NCBI GenBank assembly: GCA_039801565.1
Contig: JBDRUX010000025.1
Location: 1-26,148 of the forward strand
Origin: a candidate division WOR-3 bacterium
Lineage (GTDB): Bacteria > Hydrothermota > Tepidihabitantia > Tepidihabitantales > JAOUPE01
Direction of reading: 5' to 3'
Length of the DNA: 26,148 nt
Below the pieces are notes generated by a model. The model did not search any database, was not told where the DNA came from, and was given only the letters and a program-made list of their open reading frames with translations. Position 1 is the stretch's first letter, and every line of letters begins with the position of its first letter. A program made the position numbers and the translations under genes. Positions 23,294 to 26,148 of this stretch are shown here, piece after piece.

Positions 23294-23562
23294 TCGTAAA
23301 ATTTAACTATTATCAACGAGAAGGAAAAAATGCGCCCTTAATCGTAAAGCACCAACATCTCATTCTTATCGCTTTCTGTTCTGCTAAATGAATAGATAAA
23401 ATCTTCTTCTAGTATAATCTTGTCAGAAAATGTCCCAAATCGTCCTAAAGATAATAGTTTTACAATTTGATTTAGAGCCAATATTACGAATAGAAACGCA
23501 GCTGTTGCATAAGACTAAGTTAAATCTAATTTAACACAAGTTACATTTCGATTCTATTTAAT

Positions 23563-24660
23563 CTAATCCAACTGCCTCCTTAGAAAAGTTGGTATGTCCA
23601 GATTTGTTTTATCAATCGCCCACTCGGCTTCTTGTCGAATTCGTCGGCGGCGCGTTGGGAATATCTCATCCGATTTAAGCAATTCACACACTTCTTCCGG
23701 TTTGGGGAGCGCCTCTTCAATTCCAGTGGCAATGACGGTTACTTTCATCATATCCTTATAAGTTCTGTCTCGGCCGGCGCCTAATCGGATATCGGCTTGA
23801 CCATTAGTCGCATTATGAACAATGGATGCTGCTTCACTTACTTCATGAAGGGTCATTGTATCTCCACCCGTTATGTTCAAAAGGACTTTTTTTGCGGTAC
23901 CGATATTGATATCCTCAATTAAAGGCGAACTGATTGCCCGATGCGCTGCTTCGGTAGCTCGTCCTTCACCGCTGGCAGTGCCAATCGTCATCAAGGCACC
24001 GCCCCTTTCGGTCATTACGGAACGGACATCGGCAAAATCAATATTTATCATTTGGGACGATGTGACAATTTCGGAAATTCCTTTTGCAGCATTTAACAAT
24101 ACCTCATCGGCTAAACGAAATGCTTCAAAGGCACTTTGCTCACCATAGACCGCCAGTAACTTCTGGTTAGGAATGACAATCAGCGTGTCGACCTTTTCTT
24201 TAAGATTTTCCAAACCGGCTAAAGCCTTCCGCATCCGACCTCTACCCTCGAAGGCAAAGGGTTTGGTTACGACTGCCACCACCAGTGCGCCTTGCGCCTT
24301 GGCAGTTTCTGCTACCAATGGCGTTGCACCGGTGCCAGTTCCACCGCCCTCGCCAGCGGCGATGAAGACCATATCTAAGCCAGTTAATATCTCCCGTAAT
24401 AAATCAATTGATTCCTCACAAGCTTTTCGACCGATTTCGGGATCGCCACCCGAGCCTAAGCCACCGGTAATTTGCGCCCCGATCTGAATTTTATTAGGAG
24501 CCAAATTCATTTGCAGAGATTGTAAGTCAGTATTCACAGCATAAAACTCCACACCTTTTAGGCCAGCTTCAATCATATGATTCACTGCATTACAGCCCGC
24601 TCCGCCTACGCCAATCACACCAATCTTGATTAAATTTTTTTCTTCAACTGGTTCAATCAC
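23563..24660 (-). CDS. ftsZ: Cell division GTPase FtsZ
   Basis: VIGVGGAGCNAVN, NTDLQ, GGGTGTG tubulin signature, PFAFEG, INIDFADV, C-terminal LDIPTFLRR; GTG start with GGAGG RBS. Confidence 0.97.
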   Translation of the reverse strand: MIEPVEEKNLIKIGVIGVGGAGCNAVNHMIEAGLKGVEFYAVNTDLQSLQMNLAPNKIQIGAQITGGLGSGGDPEIGRKACEESIDLLREILTGLDMVFIAAGEGGGTGTGATPLVAETAKAQGALVVAVVTKPFAFEGRGRMRKALAGLENLKEKVDTLIVIPNQKLLAVYGEQSAFEAFRLADEVLLNAAKGISEIVTSSQMINIDFADVRSVMTERGGALMTIGTASGEGRATEAAHRAISSPLIEDINIGTAKKVLLNITGGDTMTLHEVSEAASIVHNATNGQADIRLGAGRDRTYKDMMKVTVIATGIEEALPKPEEVCELLKSDEIFPTRRRRIRQEAEWAIDKTNLDIPTFLRRQLD

Positions 24661-24690
24661 TATTTGCCTCCTTTGCTAACGGTTTTGTTT

Positions 24691-25908
24691 TTAGGCGAAC
24701 CATTTTCTGAATTCTTCTCTGATGATTGTCCAAAGACTCGGCGTAATCCGGCTATGGAAATGTTTGCCTTCCAGCCCATAGCGGATTAAACCAACCGTTG
24801 TCGCATAAGCCGGATTACGAACCGCATCGCTATTGCCATTCACACCTTCCGGGATGCCAATTTTTATTGGTAACCCAAAAATCTGTTCGGCTAATGTTGC
24901 AATGCCAGGAAATTGTGCCGTGCCACCTGTTAAAACTACGCCGGCTGACAATGCTTCAGCGTAACCGGTCTTACGAATTTCGGCTTCGGCATGAATTAGA
25001 ATTTCTTCGACGCGTGGTTCAATAATTGATGCCAGTAATCGTTTTGATACATGTTTGTTATTATTTTTTTCATCGGCAAGAGGAATTACTTCGTCTTCCG
25101 TTACCGCATTGACTAAGGCTGTTCCATGGTTAAGTTTAATTGTCTCGGCGCGATGAAAAGGTGTTCGCAATCCAATTGCAATGTCCTGGGTAATATGTTT
25201 GCCCCCTAAACCAATCACTTTACTAAAACGCAGCTCGCCGTCTTTAAACACTGCAATATCAGTAATACCGCCAATATCAACTATCGCAACTCCTAAATCC
25301 TTATCCATCGGCTCAGTTACTGAGTAAGAAGCGGCAATAGATTGCAGTACCAAGCCCCGCACTTTTATTCCTAATCGGTCAAGCATTCGATAAATATTTT
25401 CAATTGCGGTTACCGCGCCAATTACAATTAAGGCTTCGACCTCAAGGCGGATGCCATAAAGTCCTAATGGGTTGCGAATACCTTTTTGGCCATCGACAAT
25501 GAATTGAGTTGGTATCACATGCAAAATTTGTTCGTCATTAGGTAATCGAATCGCTTGGGCTTGTTCAATTACTTTGTCTAAGTCGTGCTCAGTTATTCCT
25601 TTGGTTGGTTTTTTGACTGGAATCGCACCGATTCCCTGAAGATGCTTGATGTGTTCGCCGGTAATTCCGACATAGACTGAAGTTTGGGTCAATTTCGTAC
25701 CCGCCGCTTTCTCGGCACCTTCAATTGCCAATGCCACCGATTCAGCGGCTTTGTCTAAGTTATTTACCACACCATTGCTAAAACCATCAGGTGGTGCGGT
25801 TCCTAACCCCAAAACATTTAATTTGATATTGTCGGGTGTTTCGGCAATGATACAGGCAATTTTTGTTGTTCCAATATCAATGCCGGCAATCTTTTTACTT
25901 TTTGCCAT
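24691..25908 (-). CDS. ftsA: Cell division protein FtsA (405 aa)
   Basis: GIDIGTTK, ILHVIPTQFIVDGQ, VDIGG, GGKHITQDIA...AETIK, VLTGG, YATTVGL; ATG 25908 with a GGGGTG RBS. Confidence 0.95.
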   Translation of the reverse strand: MAKSKKIAGIDIGTTKIACIIAETPDNIKLNVLGLGTAPPDGFSNGVVNNLDKAAESVALAIEGAEKAAGTKLTQTSVYVGITGEHIKHLQGIGAIPVKKPTKGITEHDLDKVIEQAQAIRLPNDEQILHVIPTQFIVDGQKGIRNPLGLYGIRLEVEALIVIGAVTAIENIYRMLDRLGIKVRGLVLQSIAASYSVTEPMDKDLGVAIVDIGGITDIAVFKDGELRFSKVIGLGGKHITQDIAIGLRTPFHRAETIKLNHGTALVNAVTEDEVIPLADEKNNNKHVSKRLLASIIEPRVEEILIHAEAEIRKTGYAEALSAGVVLTGGTAQFPGIATLAEQIFGLPIKIGIPEGVNGNSDAVRNPAYATTVGLIRYGLEGKHFHSRITPSLWTIIREEFRKWFA

Positions 25909-26148
25909 TAAATTCACCCCCTTTTTTAGGTATAATTTCAATTTCTTCTTCTAAGATGATGTTGGTTTTCATTTCTACCCGCAGTTTCATAATTTGAATG
26001 AGTTCTAATACGTCATTAAATTTTGCGCCACCTTGATTGATAATGAAATTGGCGTGGCGATTGGAAACATAAGCACCGCCGATTTTAAAACCTTTTAATC
26101 CAACTTCGTCCAATAATTTCCCAGCAAGGTTGTCTTTGGGATTTTTAA
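25895..26148 (-). CDS. murB: UDP-N-acetylmuramate dehydrogenase, C-terminal part (runs off the right edge)
   Basis: KNPKDNLAGKLLDEVGLKGFKIGGAYVSNRHANFIINQGGA...LEEEIEII matches the MurB C-terminal domain. Confidence 0.9.
   Translation of the reverse strand, partial: KNPKDNLAGKLLDEVGLKGFKIGGAYVSNRHANFIINQGGAKFNDVLELIQIMKLRVEMKTNIILEEEIEIIPKKGGEFNGKK

Noticed and set aside
377..25954. Many short ORFs overlapping or antisense to the called genes (e.g. 377-730, 2457-2864, 13439-13789, 24173-24487)
   Set aside because: Shadow or alternative-frame ORFs with no motifs or independent initiation signals.

Overview
AT-rich (about 40% GC by eye) chromosomal window from a diderm anaerobe. The clustered YVTN/Kelch-like propeller proteins with T9SS-type C-terminal domains (CTDs) suggest an FCB-related lineage such as candidate phylum WOR-3 (inference). 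Left to right: 3' end of a deoxynucleoside kinase; an IS5/IS1182-type transposase remnant; one pseudogenised and two intact CTD-bearing secreted propeller proteins; fadD; then a minus-strand run of purL (PurS-PurS-PurL fusion), DUF721/DciA, group 3c-like [NiFe]-hydrogenase small and large subunits, wbaP, a PorZ-like protein and a GT-C glycosyltransferase; an atypical initiator tRNA-Met; a probable beta-barrel protein; an EFR1 flavodoxin-ferredoxin; two hypothetical membrane proteins; and ftsZ-ftsA-murB. The main unexplained signal is two intergenic GC-rich (about 58%) arrays of degenerate, quasi-palindromic 12-bp units in strict phase (about 4575-4802 and about 21083-21310, the latter with a phased tail to about 21478). 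They share sequence words and fit neither CRISPR nor simple tandem repeats. Also notable: REP-like palindromes read in frame inside a CTD, a duplicated hairpin leader motif, a wbaP-porZ-GT-C block, promoters with 16-bp spacers and two apparently leaderless genes. All calls come from reading the sequence and motifs; no searches were run.
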